A stretch of DNA of 64,000 bases, taken from the NCBI RefSeq assembly GCF_009914755.1, contig NC_060934.1; one strand, 5' to 3'. Position numbers and translations under genes: made by a program. Position 1 is the stretch's first letter. The number at the start of each line of letters is the position of its first letter. Under the pieces are notes generated by a model. It did not search any database, was not told where the DNA came from, and was given only the letters and a program-made list of their open reading frames with translations. This stretch comes from the human T2T-CHM13v2.0 reference genome, Homo sapiens. Below, one piece after another: positions 44,177 through 59,903 of this stretch.

Positions 44177-46985
44177 GATGTAACTCATTTTTATCTTACA
44201 GATTAAAAGTTAATACTTATTTAGTTAAAAATTATTCAAAGGGATGCCGAGCAGTAGTTTGCAGTGCTGCATTGTGTAGGAGCAGGCAGTATAGGTTAAT
44301 GAGTTTAAAGATATAAATATTTTCTATTATGACATATGTTAACATTTTCAAACCAAAATGCATAAAAAGGTAGGGGGGAACTAGTGTATTTTTTAAATCT
44401 CTTAACAAATATTCTTAAATCAAAAGAATGTACAAATGTGATGCTATTCTATCCCCACATATTTTGAAGGACTTAACTTACTTTAATGTTAAAGTTAAAC
44501 TAGATATTATAACTTCACGTACTGTATCTTCTTCTTGTTATACTTTAATTATTTCAAATTTATTTTTTTATAAATGTCCTTAATCTCTAAAGTTTTCAGA
44601 CTATTTAAAACGGTGCAGGAGTGACATCAGTAAAAATGTTAGAATAAGGATCTCAAAAATTTTCTCCTCTGGAAAAGCAACTGGCAAAGGTAACAGAATC
44701 ATCCTTTTCAGGATTCTAGAAATTAACCAAATGCTTGAAAGAACCCAGAAAGTGTTTATTCAAGAAAAAATAGATACTCAACAAAAACCTGGGAGTTTTG
44801 TGGAATTTTATCATGCTCTAGTTCTATGTCTTACTCTTCAGCTCAGTGGCAACCATAAAAAATAACAGTCTGCATTCCTGGTGCACCTTGGTAGCTATTG
44901 GAATTAGCAAACAGAGCTGGAGCCATTTCAAAGAGTCATTCCTGAATATCTGTCCTTATTTGACCTGCCTGAAGGATTCCAGAAAGACCCACTTACAAGG
45001 TAACTTGGCACGTTCCCAGTACTAAAAGCCATATGGCAGGTGAGTGTGGGGGCATTTGTCAGAAACAATTATAAGCAAGAGTTTTACCTTTGTGGCTGCC
45101 TATGGAGATTGATAATTGATGGGGCAAATAATAGACTAACCAAAAAGCTTAAAAGGAGAAACTGAAGAATGAGATACCTAGGTGAGTTTTGAGAAGCTAC
45201 AATGTATTTCTGGACTGTAGAAGGCCACATGCATGCATAAGGCTACAGAAAGACCTTATAAGGCTGTAAGGACTCACTTCTGGCTGACTGTCAACAGAAA
45301 GTGAAGGCTTAAAGCAGATTTGTGGACTGCCAGGCTGAGTGTTAAAGGCTAACCCCAACAAGCACACAGAGCCCTTTGCAATAGACTGAAATAATTTTTC
45401 AATCCATTTTTTTTGTGTGTGTGTGGAAACTTCTGTGTAACCATTAGCTGACCCCTTGGCTAACCAAATAGAGACTTAGGAGACCACATGTAACAAAGAA
45501 TACAGACTTCATGAAACTGGTTCAGAAAATTTACTAGGTAAACAACAGTGGCCATATCAAGCAGCCATAACAATGAAACCTGGTGAGGGGAGAGAATCTG
45601 ATTTATAAAGTTGTCACACTGTATTGTTTAAAATGTCCAGTTTCCAACAAAAAATTATGAGACATGCAAAAAAAAAAGTAAGAATATTTGGCTCATGCAC
45701 AGGGAAAAATTCAGTCAATAGAGACTATCTCTGAAGAAGCTCATGTTGGTTTCACTAGACAAAAATTTAAACAAACTATTTCAAATATTTTCAAAAACCT
45801 GCAATAAACCATGCATAAATAAGTTTTTTTAAAGCATGAGAATTCATGCTCATAAATGGAATTATAAAAATGAACCAAAAAGAAATTCTGGGTTGAAAAA
45901 TATAATAACTGAAATGAAAAATTTACTAGAGGGGTTCACCAGAATATCTGAACAGTCAGAAGAAAGAATCAGTAAACTTCAATACAGTCAACTGAGATTA
46001 TTTTGTCTGAGAGATAAAAAGAAGAAAAAATTAAGGAAAAATGAACAGCTGTCAGAGAATGGTGGGACGACATTGAGTGCACCGATGGATGCAAAATAGA
46101 ATTCCAGAATGAGAGGACAAAAGAAGAGGCAGAAAAAAAATCTGAGGGAGTAGTTGGAAAAATTTATTATATTTGATGAAAATGATTAAGTTACATATCC
46201 AAGAAACTCAACAAACTCCAACCACGAAAAAAAATCAAAGAAATCCACATCTAGATATATCATAATAAGCTGTTGAAGGAAAAGAAAGAATCTTGAAAGT
46301 ACCAAGAGAGAAATGGTTCATCACATAAACAGAATTCTCGATAAGACTGATATTTAATTTCTCATCAGAAATCTTGGAGACCAGAAGGCATTGAAATGAT
46401 ATTTTCAAAGTGCTAGAAAACGAAACGAAACAAAACTTCATCAACCAAGAATTCTATAGCAGGCAAAACTACTTTTCAAAAATAAAGGTGAAGATAAAAC
46501 ATTCCCAGAGAAACAAAAACCAAAGGAGTTCATCATTGGAAAACCTGCCCAACAAGAAATACTAAAAGAAGTTCTCAGGCTAAAATGAAAGAATACTAGA
46601 TAGTAATGCTAATTCACATGAATTTTCTTTTTTTTTCTAAAAAGCACCAGTAAAAACAACTACATACATAAACATAAAAGACAGTATAAGTTTATTTTTT
46701 TGTAATTTTTTCTGCTGACTTTAAAAGACAACTGTGTAAAGCAATATTATAAATCTATGTTGATGGGTGCACAATGTATAAACATGTAATTTATGCTAAA
46801 AACAGTATGGGGGGGATAACAAAGCTACATAGGAGCAACATTTTTGTATGCTATTGAAATTAATTTTGTATTAATTAAAATTAGATCATTATAAATTAAG
46901 ATACTAATTATAATCCACAGGACAACTGCTAGGAAAATAAAATATAAAAGAAAAGAAATAACACAAGAATTAAAATGGTATGCTA

Positions 46986-47355
<370 letters not shown>

Positions 47356-49657
47356 CAATAACAAAATTGCAAATATGATACTTACCTTATCAGTAATTAT
47401 ATTACATTTAAATGGATTAAACTTTCCAATTAACAGGAAGATATTGCATAATATATTTTTTTAAAACAAAGTTTATCTATATGCTAACTCTAAGAGACAA
47501 AATTTAGATTCAATGACACACAAAAAAAATTAAAAGAATAGGAAAACATATACCATCTAAAGAGTAACCAAGAGAGCTGGAGAGTCCATACTAATATTTG
47601 ACAATAAAAGATTTTAAAACAAAACTTGTTACCAGAGATCAAAAGAACTTTTTATAATTATGAGTCAATCTTCTGAGAAGATATAACAATTATAAACATA
47701 TATGCAGTTAACAATGGAGCATAAAAGACATAAAGACAAACTGAAAGAATTGAAAAGATAAAAAGACAGTTAAAAATAATAGTTGAAGACATTAAATAGT
47801 GGTTAGAACAAGTAAACACAAAATTAAACATACTGCTGAAGACTTGTGCAAACCTATAAACCGTCTAGACCAGAGACATCTGCAGAACATTCTCTATGTC
47901 TGTGGACTTCTGTAGAACATCTGTGAAACAACAGAATATATTCTTCTCAAGTGCTCACTGAATGTTCTCCAAAAGAGACTATGTATTAGTCAATACAGCA
48001 AGTCTCAATAAATGTAAAAGGTTTGACATCTTACAAAATATGTTCTCAGACCAAAATGAAATAAAGTTAGAAATCAATAATATAGAAAATTTGGGATATT
48101 CTCTGATGCATAGATATTAAACAACACATTCCTAAATGACTGATGGATAAAAGAAGAAATCACAAGGGAAATTAGAAAATATTTTGAGATTAGTGAAATA
48201 AAAACACAATATATCAAAACTTGGGATGCAGCAAAAACAGTATTCAGAGAGAAAATTATAGCTACAAATGCCTACATTTAAAAAGAATAGATCTAAAATT
48301 AATGACCTGACTTTCCACCTTAAGAAACTAGAAAAAAACGTAAGCTAACCTAAAGCAAATAGGCGGTAAACAAGAAAGATTATTGTGGAAATAAAAGAAA
48401 TAGAGAATGAGAATAGAAAAACAATCAAGAATGTCAACAAAACTCTTCGTTTTTGATCAACAACATTGACAAAGCTTTACTTCAATTTACCAAGAAAAAA
48501 GACAGAACACCCAAGTTATCAGAAACGAAAAAGTGGACATTACTACCAACCATACAGAAATAAAAATTGTTATATGAGAATATTATACACAATTGTATAC
48601 TAATAAATTAGATAACAAATGGAAAATTCCTGACAAAGAAAATATCGAAACAGGCTCAAACAGTAATAGAAAATCTGACAAGACTGATAAAAAAGAGAAA
48701 CAGTAGATTAATAAAGAAAAAATTTCCACACACACAAAAAATCATACCCAGATGGCTTCACTGGTGAATTCTACTAAAAGATTAAAGATAAATTAACACA
48801 TATTTTCCAAATGTTTCCAAAAGGTAAAGAAGAAGGAACACTTCCTAACTCATTCTAATGAGGGTAGTATTACCCTGATACCAAAACCTGGCAAAGACCT
48901 CACAAGAAAAGACAAATAAAAACTAATGCCCCTTACATATATGGATGCAGAATTTTTTTAAAATGCTAGAAAGCTGAATTTAGTATCTGAGAAAAAGGAC
49001 CATATCCCATGACCAAGTAGAATTTCTCTTGAGTATATAAGATTGGTTCAACACATCAAAATCTATCCAAGTAATATGCCATACCAATAGAATAAAAGAA
49101 ACAAATGCACAATCTTATTAGTTGATGCAGAAAAAAAAATTGGCAAAATCCAACACCCACTCATGATAAATATACTCATAAACTAGGAATGGGAGGAATC
49201 TTGCTCAACCTGATAAAGGGCATCAGTGAAAACTCCACAGCTAATGTCATGTTTAATGGTGAAAGAGTTAAAGCTTTCCCTATAGCATCAAGAACAAGAC
49301 AACTACTGTCAACACTTCCATTTAACATTGTACCAGAGGTTCTAACCAGGGTAATTTGGTAAGAAAATATAACAAAAGGCATCTATCTATATGGGAAAGG
49401 AAGACAAAAGAAAAAGATATTTGAAGATCTTATACCTAAAAAAAACCCCTAAGAAATTCTCACACCTGTAAAAAACTATTAGATATAATAAATGCATTGG
49501 GAATGTGGGGATATCTCACATTCATGGATTGGAAGACTTCATATTGTCAAGATGGCAACAGTCCCAAAATTAATCTAGAGGTTCAATTAAATCCCAATCA
49601 ATTGGCAAGTTTGCAAGATTAATAAACAAAAAATAAGTTGTACTCCTATCTATTAAC

Positions 49658-50030
49658 TGGTATATGCTGGATTTTGTGCCCCTCCAAACTCATATGTTAA
49701 AGGCCTAACTCTCAGAACCCGAAAATGTGCCTGTAATTGGGAATTGAGCATTAAAAGAGGTGTTCAAGTTAAAATGAGGCCATTATGGTGGTTCCTAATC
49801 CAATCTCACTGCTGACCTTATGGTAAAAGAAAATTTGAATAAAAAGGAAGATGTGTACACAGAGAAATGATCATGTGAGAACATGAGCATTTACAAGCCA
49901 AGAAGTAAGGCCTCTGAAGAAACCAAAACTGCTGGCACCCTGATCTGGGACTCTTAGCCTCCAGAAATGTGAGTGTTTACACCACTCAGTCAGTGGTGTT
50001 TTGTCGTGGCAGCCCTAGCAAACTAATATG
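49658..50030 (+). mobile_element. MLT1 solo LTR inside L1 ORF2
   Basis: aaactcatatgttaaagg...aagttaaaatgaggcc...gcagccctagcaaactaat. Confidence 0.8.
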
Positions 50031-53000
50031 AGAACCATTCGAAATCTACAAATGTAATTAAGAAAACGATTTCATTTATAACAGCATCAAAAAGAATAAA
50101 ATACTTAGAAATAAATATAACAAAACAAGTGCAATGCTAGTACATTGAAGCTACAAAACTACATAACAATATTGAAATAAATTAAAGAAGAGGAAAATTA
50201 ATAGAAAGACATCTCACATTCATGGATTGGAAGACTTCATATTGTCAAGATGGCAACAGTCCCAAAATTAATCTAGAGGTTCAATTAAATCCCAATCAAA
50301 ATTCCAACAGCCTCTTTTGGAGAAATGGACAAGCGAATTCTAAACTTTATATGAAAATGCAAAGGATTCAGACTAGCTAAATCAATCTTGATAAACAGAA
50401 CATAGCAAGAGGACTCACACTTCCTTATTTCAACTCTTACCAAAAAGCTACAGTAACCAAAACAGTGTAGTATAAGGAGAGACATATATATTAATGGGAT
50501 AGAATTGGGAGTCCAGAAATAAACCTATATGTCTATGGCCAACTGATTTTCAACAATGATGTCAAGATCATTCAATGCAGTAACAATCTTTTCAACAAGT
50601 GGCTGAGACAATTGTATGTCCATATGCAAAAGAATAATTTTTGTCCCCTTCCTCACATTTTATACAAAAATTTACATAAATGGACCAAAGAACTAAATAT
50701 GAAAATGAAACTATAAAATTCTTAGGAGAAAATATAGGCATAAATCAACCTTGGATTAGGCATGAGTTTCTTATACATGACACCTATAGTAGAAGTAACC
50801 AAAGAAAAATATATACATCTTGCTTTATCAAAATAAAAAACAACGTGCATCAAAGAACACTATCAAGAAAGCGAAAAGACAACCCATATTATGTCATTTC
50901 TTTCAGAAAATGTTTGCAAATCCTACATACTTTAAGAGCCCAACATCCAGACTATGTTGAGAATTCATACAACTCAACAATAAAAACACAGTCGAATTAA
51001 AAATGAGAAAGGGTTTAGAGAGAATCTTTTCCAGAGAAGATACATGAATGCTCAATAAGCCCAAGAAAAGATGCTTACCATCAATAGTCGTCAGGGAAAT
51101 GCAAATAAAAACCAGAATGTCATACCACTTCACACCAACTGGGATCACTGTAGTTTTTTTTTCAATGAAAAACAAGTATTTGCAAAGATGAGGAGAAATT
51201 TGAACCCTCATGCATTGTTAGGAAAGTAAAAAGGTGCAACCACTGTGGAAAACAGTTTGTCATTTTCTCACAAAGTTAATTATAGTGTCACCATACTGCT
51301 CATATGTTCACACAAATTGTGCATAGATTTTTAAAGTCACGTTATTCATAATAGGCAAAAAGTGGGAACAACCCAAATGTCCAATAACTGATGGACTTAA
51401 TCTTTTATCCATAATATAATTCAATGGAATATTGGAAATAAAAAGGAACGAAGTACAGATACAGTCAACAGCATGGGTGAATTTGAAAACATTATGCTAA
51501 GCAAAAGAAATCAGCCACAAAAGGCCGTATACTGTATGATTCCATTTATGTGAGCTCTCCAGGAGGAACAAATTCCCAGAGACAGAAAGTAGATTAGTGT
51601 TTGCCAGGGGCTGAGGAGAAAGGGGAATGGGCAGTGATTGTTAATGGGTATGGGGTTTCTTTTTGGAGTGATGACATGTTCTGGAATTAGATGGTAGTCT
51701 TGATTTTACCATCTTGTGGGCATATTAAAAACCACTGAATTATGTACACTTTAAAAAGGTGAATCTTAAGCTACATAAATTATATCTCAATAAAAATTTT
51801 GTAGAGATGGAAATAAAAAGACTGGAAATTTAGGGCAAATGAAAACAGGATGAATGCAAGATGAGGAAAGGAAATTCAGTACAAGTCATTTTGGTGGACA
51901 CTGGCAGTGGTGGTGCCTATGTGAATCAGAGCAGTCCTGCCTCCAACACAAGAAGCCTGTGCCAGGAGTAACAGCCTCCACTAGGGGCTCTGCAGAAACA
52001 CAATTTCTCCTGGGGCTGATATTTGAGAGTCAAATTTCCTGCAGTTTAGATATTTCCACCAGCAAAATGTGGATAGGCTATAAGGCTGACAACTGTGTCC
52101 AAAGCAATAATCGCTTGAGAACTTTTCCATGTGCCCCATCACTCTGCATTGTACAGCATATTCTTTAACACATTTATTTCATTTTTCAATTCACTAAGTG
52201 CTTGCTGAGCACTTGCCCATTTTCCTTTATTTGCAAAATGCAGGAATTTAACCTATCTTTGAGTACAATTTAGGAATATGGTCTAAGTTTCTATGATACA
52301 ATGTTGCCATTTAAAAATAAATGTAACATAATGCTCCTACCCCCTTTTGATAATATAGTGTTCCATCTTATTAATATCTTTTCTACATTTTGAGTTACAC
52401 ATTTTTATGCTTTGCTATTTACTGGTCAAAACCACTTTAGCTCATTAAGATTCAGAAAGGAGGCTATAAAGATGTATGCCATTTTAATGCAGGATATTGT
52501 TTCATTATGAATGTGCCTATATTGTTAATTTCATCTAGATAGTACATGTAGTATTGATATGAGGCTAAAAGGCATAAAGTATTCTTGTATGTTAAATGCT
52601 CCAGTTAAAAAGAGTTATGTTAGCTGTTAAGTGAGTTTTAAAAAGATGTTTATTCAATTCAAACACATAATTGATAAAATTTTCACCTTAAAACTATAAA
52701 GAACAAAAAGCTGGAATATCCATCAACAGTACAATAGAATTACAGTTTATTCTGAGAGCAGATCAGCCAAGACGAACAAATGAGTCTTGTAATTGCATAC
52801 CAGAGGTCAAAAAATTAGCCTTACCAAATGAGGAGGGAGAGGAAATGCTGAGACCTAGAGGAAAGGTCATAATATTTGGACTGAATAAAAGCATTTCACT
52901 AATAGCAATTTCCCTTTATCTGACAGCAATTGTAGAAAGTTTTAACAAATCCTGTTAAAATGGACAAAAACTATTTCCTGAATAGTTAAGAAAAGATTAT

Positions 53001-54407
53001 AATAAATGCCAAGTATTCTACAGCATGTATAGAATCTCATTTCCAAGTGAGCATGCTGTTTTCTTCAGCATCCTGTTAGCCAAGTTCCAATTTTGGACAG
53101 GTCCTAGGAAACACAACATTGTTAAAGACAGAGATGATACGAGGTGATTAATTGTAAGTACATTTCTATAGATAGTATTGCACTTGGAGTGTGTAAAAAT
53201 CTCTCTGAAGATTGGTAGAGATAAGGGTTGTAAACAGGTTTGAAATCCACACAGTGATAGCTCACATGCTAATCTTTGCCCAAAGTTCTATGTTGTTGAG
53301 AATGATTCTGATATATTATTTTAAAGGAGAGAGTGTCGTATGAATTCCAGATCTTTGTCATGGACAAAGAATCTAAGTGCTATTCATTTGTGGTTCCTGA
53401 TTCATTTGTTCCTTGAGAGATTAGCTAAAATTAAGAGTAGGTGAAAGAACCACCAATTCCTTTCCTATGTCTATAGTGAATACAAACAGCCGTTACTACG
53501 TCTCTCCCTCATGTCAGATGGAAGATGTAACATCTTCCACAAATACTTACTTTGTTACTACAAAATGGAAAGAGACACTTCTACTGTGGTGAAATGTGTA
53601 TGGCAAACCCAAATAATTTAGGCCACAAAATACCCTAGTTTAGCCAGAATTATGAGTAATCTACTTTTTCCATTTCACTCTGAACATACTGTCCTACATA
53701 CATTTTATTTATTCGTTCCTTGCTACAGTGTAAAGGCAGAATATACTTTAAAAAAATAATCATTCATCAACATTTAAGGCAAATGATCAGAGCTTGAGTT
53801 TATTGTTATACAATGTTGCTCTTTCTTCTTTATTTCTGAACAGCAAATCTCATCAAGCATGATTGAGTTTTGCTTACTTGTATCTTCTCCCTTACTTCCG
53901 CATTTACTATGTGTATAGCTCTTCAGAATAAAATTAAGATAGGAGTAAACCAATACAATTCAGCAGCATCAGTGACATAACCAAACATATAAAAGTCCTT
54001 CCTGACTGACCCTGAATGACCATTTACCCCCTTTCAAATTTTGACATCAAATTTCTACTTACAAAAAGTATATAGTTTCAATCAGGTGGTCAAAGCATTG
54101 ATGACCGCAAGTAACAAGAAAAATGAACCCTGCGAATACGCACATAAAATAATAAAGGAAAAAAGAAAGAAAATGATAGCAAGGAGAGGTGGAGATTTGC
54201 TTGTTCTCAGAGGAGGAAACACCTATTTTTCTACTGTGAAAGAAGGAGAAATAACTCGGTCTGAAAAAAGAGGTGCTTTCTTGAAATGGTTTCCGCTGGA
54301 TTCCCCATTATTTTAGATATGATGGGAGCTGGAGTTGTGCAGAATATTTTGGGACGCTTTCCGCATGGATTTATGATCCTCAAAAAGAATCGGCATCAAT
54401 TAAACTA

Positions 54408-54844
54408 TAGTTGACCCTTGAACAGTATGGGGGTCAGGGGGACGGACCCCCACACAGTAGAAAATTAATGTATAATTTCGACTCCTCATAAACTTAACTG
54501 CTAATACCCTACTGTTGATTAGAAGCATTACTGATAATATAAAAACAGTTGATTAACACATATTTGGTATGTTCTACATATTACATACTGTATTCTTAAA
54601 ATAAAGTAAGCTAGAGAAAAGAAAATGTTAAGAAAATCATAAGGAAGATAAATATACTTACTGTTTATTAAGTGGAAGTGGATCATCAGAAAGGCTTTCA
54701 TCCTCATCGTCTTCACATTGAGTGGGCTGAAGCGGAGGAAGAGGAGGGGTTAGTCTTGCTCTGTTAGGGGTGGCAGAGGAGGAAGAAAATCCATGCAAAA
54801 GCGGATCCTCGCAGTTCAAACCCCTGTTGTTCAAGGGTCAACCG
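54408..54844. mobile_element. Tigger2a (MER28)-type MITE
   Basis: Terminal inverted repeats agttgacccttgaaca ... tgttcaagggtcaacc; about 437 bp. Confidence 0.88.
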
Positions 54845-55404
54845 CACAATCAGGTTTTGATGAGAAGACTCAGTTTTCAAACTTGATTTTAAGCAGGTAT
54901 ATATCCGGGTACTCAAATTCGGATGTAATATTACATAGAACTTAAACACTCCTAGTTAAGCAGAAATAGAAAAACCCAGTTACCTAAGTAGAAATCAACC
55001 TATGGGAGGAAAGCTCAGGAAAGAGCCAGGGTCCTGGCATAATAAAGAGTATAGGCATGATATATGTTTGTGTTTATACGTGTATATCTGTTGTTTGGAA
55101 ATAAAGAGCAAATTGAGTATTGGATTAAGGGAAACCTTTCTTGTTTCCCATGAGAGAGCCGTCCTTTGAGCATCACATTTGCAAAGGTAGATTGATTATC
55201 CGGATCCACTTCCAGTGGGTTTTGTGGCAAGCCGAGACATCTATTGACAGCATCCATAGACTCTTCAGAGCTTGGAGTGGAAAGGACCTTGAACTTAGAA
55301 CACATGCACATTTATTATGTGATTGAAGTCGTCTTCTCTCACTTTTGCTTCAGTAAACACTTAAACAAAGCCATGTACTTTGCGGTAGGCAATGTTCTAT
55401 ATTT

Positions 55405-55580
55405 ATTAAATATACAGTTAACTCATCCAATCCATTGCAACCACCTTATAAGGGCGTTACTCTAATTCTCTCCATTTGATGGATGGATAACTGAGGCTAG
55501 GAGATAAACTGCTCATTGCGGGGGAGGTGAAATTCCAGCCCAGGCTGTCCGGGCTCTAGATCCTGTACTTTTAACCAATA
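55405..55580 (-). mobile_element. MIR fragment just upstream of the CpG island
   Basis: caaccacctt...ccatttg...aactgaggct...cccaggctgtc...tctaga...ttaacca. Confidence 0.6.
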
Positions 55581-56691
55581 GCGCTTTGCTTCTTTTCCTT
55601 GTATTTATCCCTTTCAAAAATGATTAACTGTATGCAAAATAAGATATCAACTAACGAGAGGGCCGGCAAGGGTTAACGCGGAAACAGATCCCCGAGCTGA
55701 AAAAACAAAAACAAACTGGGGAGCCAGAGCCCCTGAAAGCTCCGGTAGGAAATTCAATGGGCCTCCTGTTCCTTTAAACTCTCGCTTTCGCCCCCGCTGA
55801 CACTTTGCAAAGCCGCGGCGGCAGCGGCGGGGACCACGCTGCGGTGCACCACCTTCCGCCACCCTCCCGCGCTGGGCTGGGGTCGAGGGGGCTTCGCAGA
55901 GTCGGTAACCGAACCGGCTCTGGTTTGCTTTCTCCACTCCCTAGCCACTACCAGAACCAGCCTCCGCGAAGGGGCGAGCTGTGGTTAACCCTTTCGTGCC
56001 CAGGGAGACCCCGCCAGGGTCGGGGCGGGGCGCGATCGCCCCCCGCAGTCGGGCGCGAAGGCGGCCCGGGAGCCAGGTGGGTGTGGGGCGCAGTTGGCGG
56101 AGCTGCCCAGGGCGTGCGAGCAGGCTGCGAGGATGGCGCCCCGGCGGCGCGGAGGTACCGCCCCGCGCTCCCCCGATAGCTCCCCGGCCTGTCCCCTCTC
56201 CCCGCGCTCTGGGGCAGCCGGCTGCCTGGGGCGCACGGGGCTGGAGTGGCCCTCTCCCTCCCCTTCGCTAGGCTCCCCCGGCTTAATCTGTTGGCCGCGA
56301 CTCCTCAGCCAGCCCCGAGGAAAGTGCAGCCATTGGACAGGTCTGTGCGGGCTGCCGGTTTCAGGGAGGAAGGTGGGAGAAGCCTGGAGGAGCGAAGGGG
56401 AGGGCGGAGGGAGGAGGGAGGAGGGTGCGGCGGCAGATCTGGCAAATTGCGAGCTGCCTTCCCTCCTCAAAGTGTGGAGAAGGAGCGCGGGGGAGCGTGG
56501 CGACGGCAGCGCCTCCTCCGCCACCAAACTCCTGGGGCTCCGCGGGGGCTTGGGGCCACCTCCTCCTGAGCCCGGAGGAACCCTCTCCCGATAGGTTCCA
56601 GCGTGACTCCCTCCCACTCCACCCTTTTCCTTTCTTCTTCCTCTTTTTTTTTTTTTTTTTTAAACACATTTTTTTCCTGGCTTCGGACCTC

Positions 56692-57456
<765 letters not shown>

Positions 57457-58486
57457 TAAGATGCACTTTAGCTTGCTGATTTTGTGCGCAGCTGAAGACC
57501 TCTCTGGCACTCTCGTGCTCCCTACCCTCTCCCCCCAACATCACCTATCTGCCCTTGGGAAACTTATTGCAGTTGCTTTTCGGCTAAACTTAGGCTTCCC
57601 AAATGGGGAAAGAGGGTTATCAAGAGAAGGACGCCGGGGACTAGGGGTTTTCTTGAGGCTTTCGGGCTTACTTCACCTGGGCGGCAGGGGGTGGTACTGT
57701 CTCCCCAAAGTAGCCCAGGGAGGGCTTCAGTGTGAGAGCAAAGCTTCTTCCGTGGATACATCTCCTAGGACCTGGCATCTCCAGGCTGTGTGCTCTCCGG
57801 CTCCTCCTCCTTCCTCGCTGCTGGTTAAACTAAGCGTGTGTGGTATGGGGTGGGTGGGGGACGTTGTGAAAGCCAGGGATTGCAGGTCTCCCCTCTGCAC
57901 GAGAAAATTCCCTGTGGCAGCACCTTCCTTCCCCTGGCGATCCCCACTAGCTCCGTCTAGTGACCTGGGCCAAGCGGGCGCTGGAAGGGGGGCGGGGTAA
58001 ATGCGGCCGGCGCAGAGGTGGGGAGCAGGTGGGAAAGGTGGAGGCGGGCTCGCCTCTGGAGACCTACCCCTGCTCCCATTGTCCTCCGCCTGCCAGCTTC
58101 ACAGACAGGCCTGAACGCGCAGAGAGTTCCTTGGAGTGCCCTGATTTTGTCCCCGAGAGGGCCCCCAACCTCCGCATCCTCTTAGTGGCTGTCCTGGCAG
58201 GTGCGCGTCCTGCGGGGAGTTGCGCCCCGGGGGCTATCGCCGAGCGGGAGCTGCCTCCTGGAACCCTGCCCACCGCGAACTGGGTGCCTACTCCCCATTT
58301 CTGCCTTTCAGTGAAGAAAGTGAAGACACAGGCAGAAAGAGATCTTGGCAGAAATTGGTGAACTAGGGTGGACTTCGAGAGGAGGTGAAACGAGAGAAAA
58401 AGAAAAAAGAAAAAACTTGGAGGGAAAAGAAAAGAAAACGAAAACTTTCTCCCTAGGATAATCAATTTGTCAATTTGTTCTTTTCT

Positions 58487-58487
<1 letters not shown>

Positions 58488-58533
<46 letters not shown>
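58488..58533. repeat. (TG)~22 microsatellite in intron 1
   Basis: Perfect TG run. Confidence 0.97.
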
Positions 58534-58536
<3 letters not shown>

Positions 58537-59288
58537 TTAAATGATTGCCCGGAAAGTATGCATGCGTCCTCAACAGTCAACTAGAGAGTCACAGATGGAA
58601 GGTTGGGGGACACCTGGGGATTCCAGGCAAGGTGAATCTTGAAGATCTTGAAGGAAACCCTTGAGTGAAATTTACCAAGCCGCGACTTAGAAGACAGTCA
58701 CAACACTTCGCCTGTCCCTGGTGTAAACTGTTCTAGATAAAGCACAGATACTGACTCTGCGCTCTTATTTATGGTTGAAGGGGTGTGTGTGTTGGGGTGT
58801 ATGTGCAGGGAGGCAATAGGATGACAACACTTTTAAAGCTGAGAACAAAATGCAGATTTCTTGGGTGTTGACTTGTCTTTGTCACATTTAATTGTTCTGC
58901 ATTAATGGACATAGGTTGTTCTTGACTGTGTATGATTTATGACAGTAGACTATGCCTTTTGTTTATTTCTCTGATACGTTTCATTGGTCCGAAAAAATAA
59001 CACTTTTAGCCTTCCAGGAAAGGACACAGTTATTTAAAAATTGCAACAGTAATTTTCATGTACTTATTCACGGTATGAATAGATGCTTAATAAAAACAAT
59101 TAACTCCACCACAAACGAGGTTAAAAGGATGTGTGTGCCAATGTGCATCCCAAGTTGTTTATTTAAAAACTTCTTTGGCACTAGGAATAAATAATGCATT
59201 TGCAGTAAAGGAAAAAAAAATAAATGCCAGCAAATGTTTATCTTTTTATAAACCTGTTCCAGTAACGTTACTGAAAAAAGAATATATG

Positions 59289-59291
<3 letters not shown>

Positions 59292-59326
<35 letters not shown>

Positions 59327-59335
59327 ACACACACA
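59292..59335. repeat. (CA)n microsatellite in intron 1
   Basis: CA run with one interruption. Confidence 0.95.
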
Positions 59336-59872
59336 TTTGCTATGCCAAGAAGTTCAGAAATTGAGGATGAAATTCATCCCAAAGTAAGATTGGCCATATA
59401 ATTAAAAGCCCTTGCTGTGGGAAATATAAAATACTTAAAATGTTCAACATCAGTGTACTGGTATTTTAAGCTAGTTGAATATTTCTGATGGGAAATATAC
59501 TCTAGAAACCCATATATTGATAGGATTGATTTTTAAAAGAATGGTTTTAAATTCCTTGCCAAATTTTCGAAGACTTTTATAAACAGAAGTAGCTTCTTTC
59601 CTGGACATCATTTACATGTAGTTTTATGAAAAAAATATTGTAATTAAATGGTTAGCTTACTGAATATATAAAAAAAGCAAGGTGAAACAGAAAAAAGTAT
59701 ACAACTTTATTTGTAAAATAGTCTATATAAAAATTCAGTATGGGGGGAAAAGTCCAGCAGTCTTGACGTTTGTCATGCAACAATCAGGATCTTTATTACA
59801 GACATGTTGGCACAGGAACAACATCTGATTTCATAACAGGGACATTTTATTATGCGTTACTTTAGTAAATGC

Positions 59873-59903
59873 TGCAGTTGATTTCATTGCCACCAGAGGG
59901 CAG
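59873..59903 (+). promoter_or_regulatory. Candidate CTCF site with upstream TGCAG module
   Basis: CCACCAGAGGGCAG (59890-59903) matches the CTCF core consensus CCASYAGRKGGCRS; TGCAG at 59873-59877. Confidence 0.7.
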
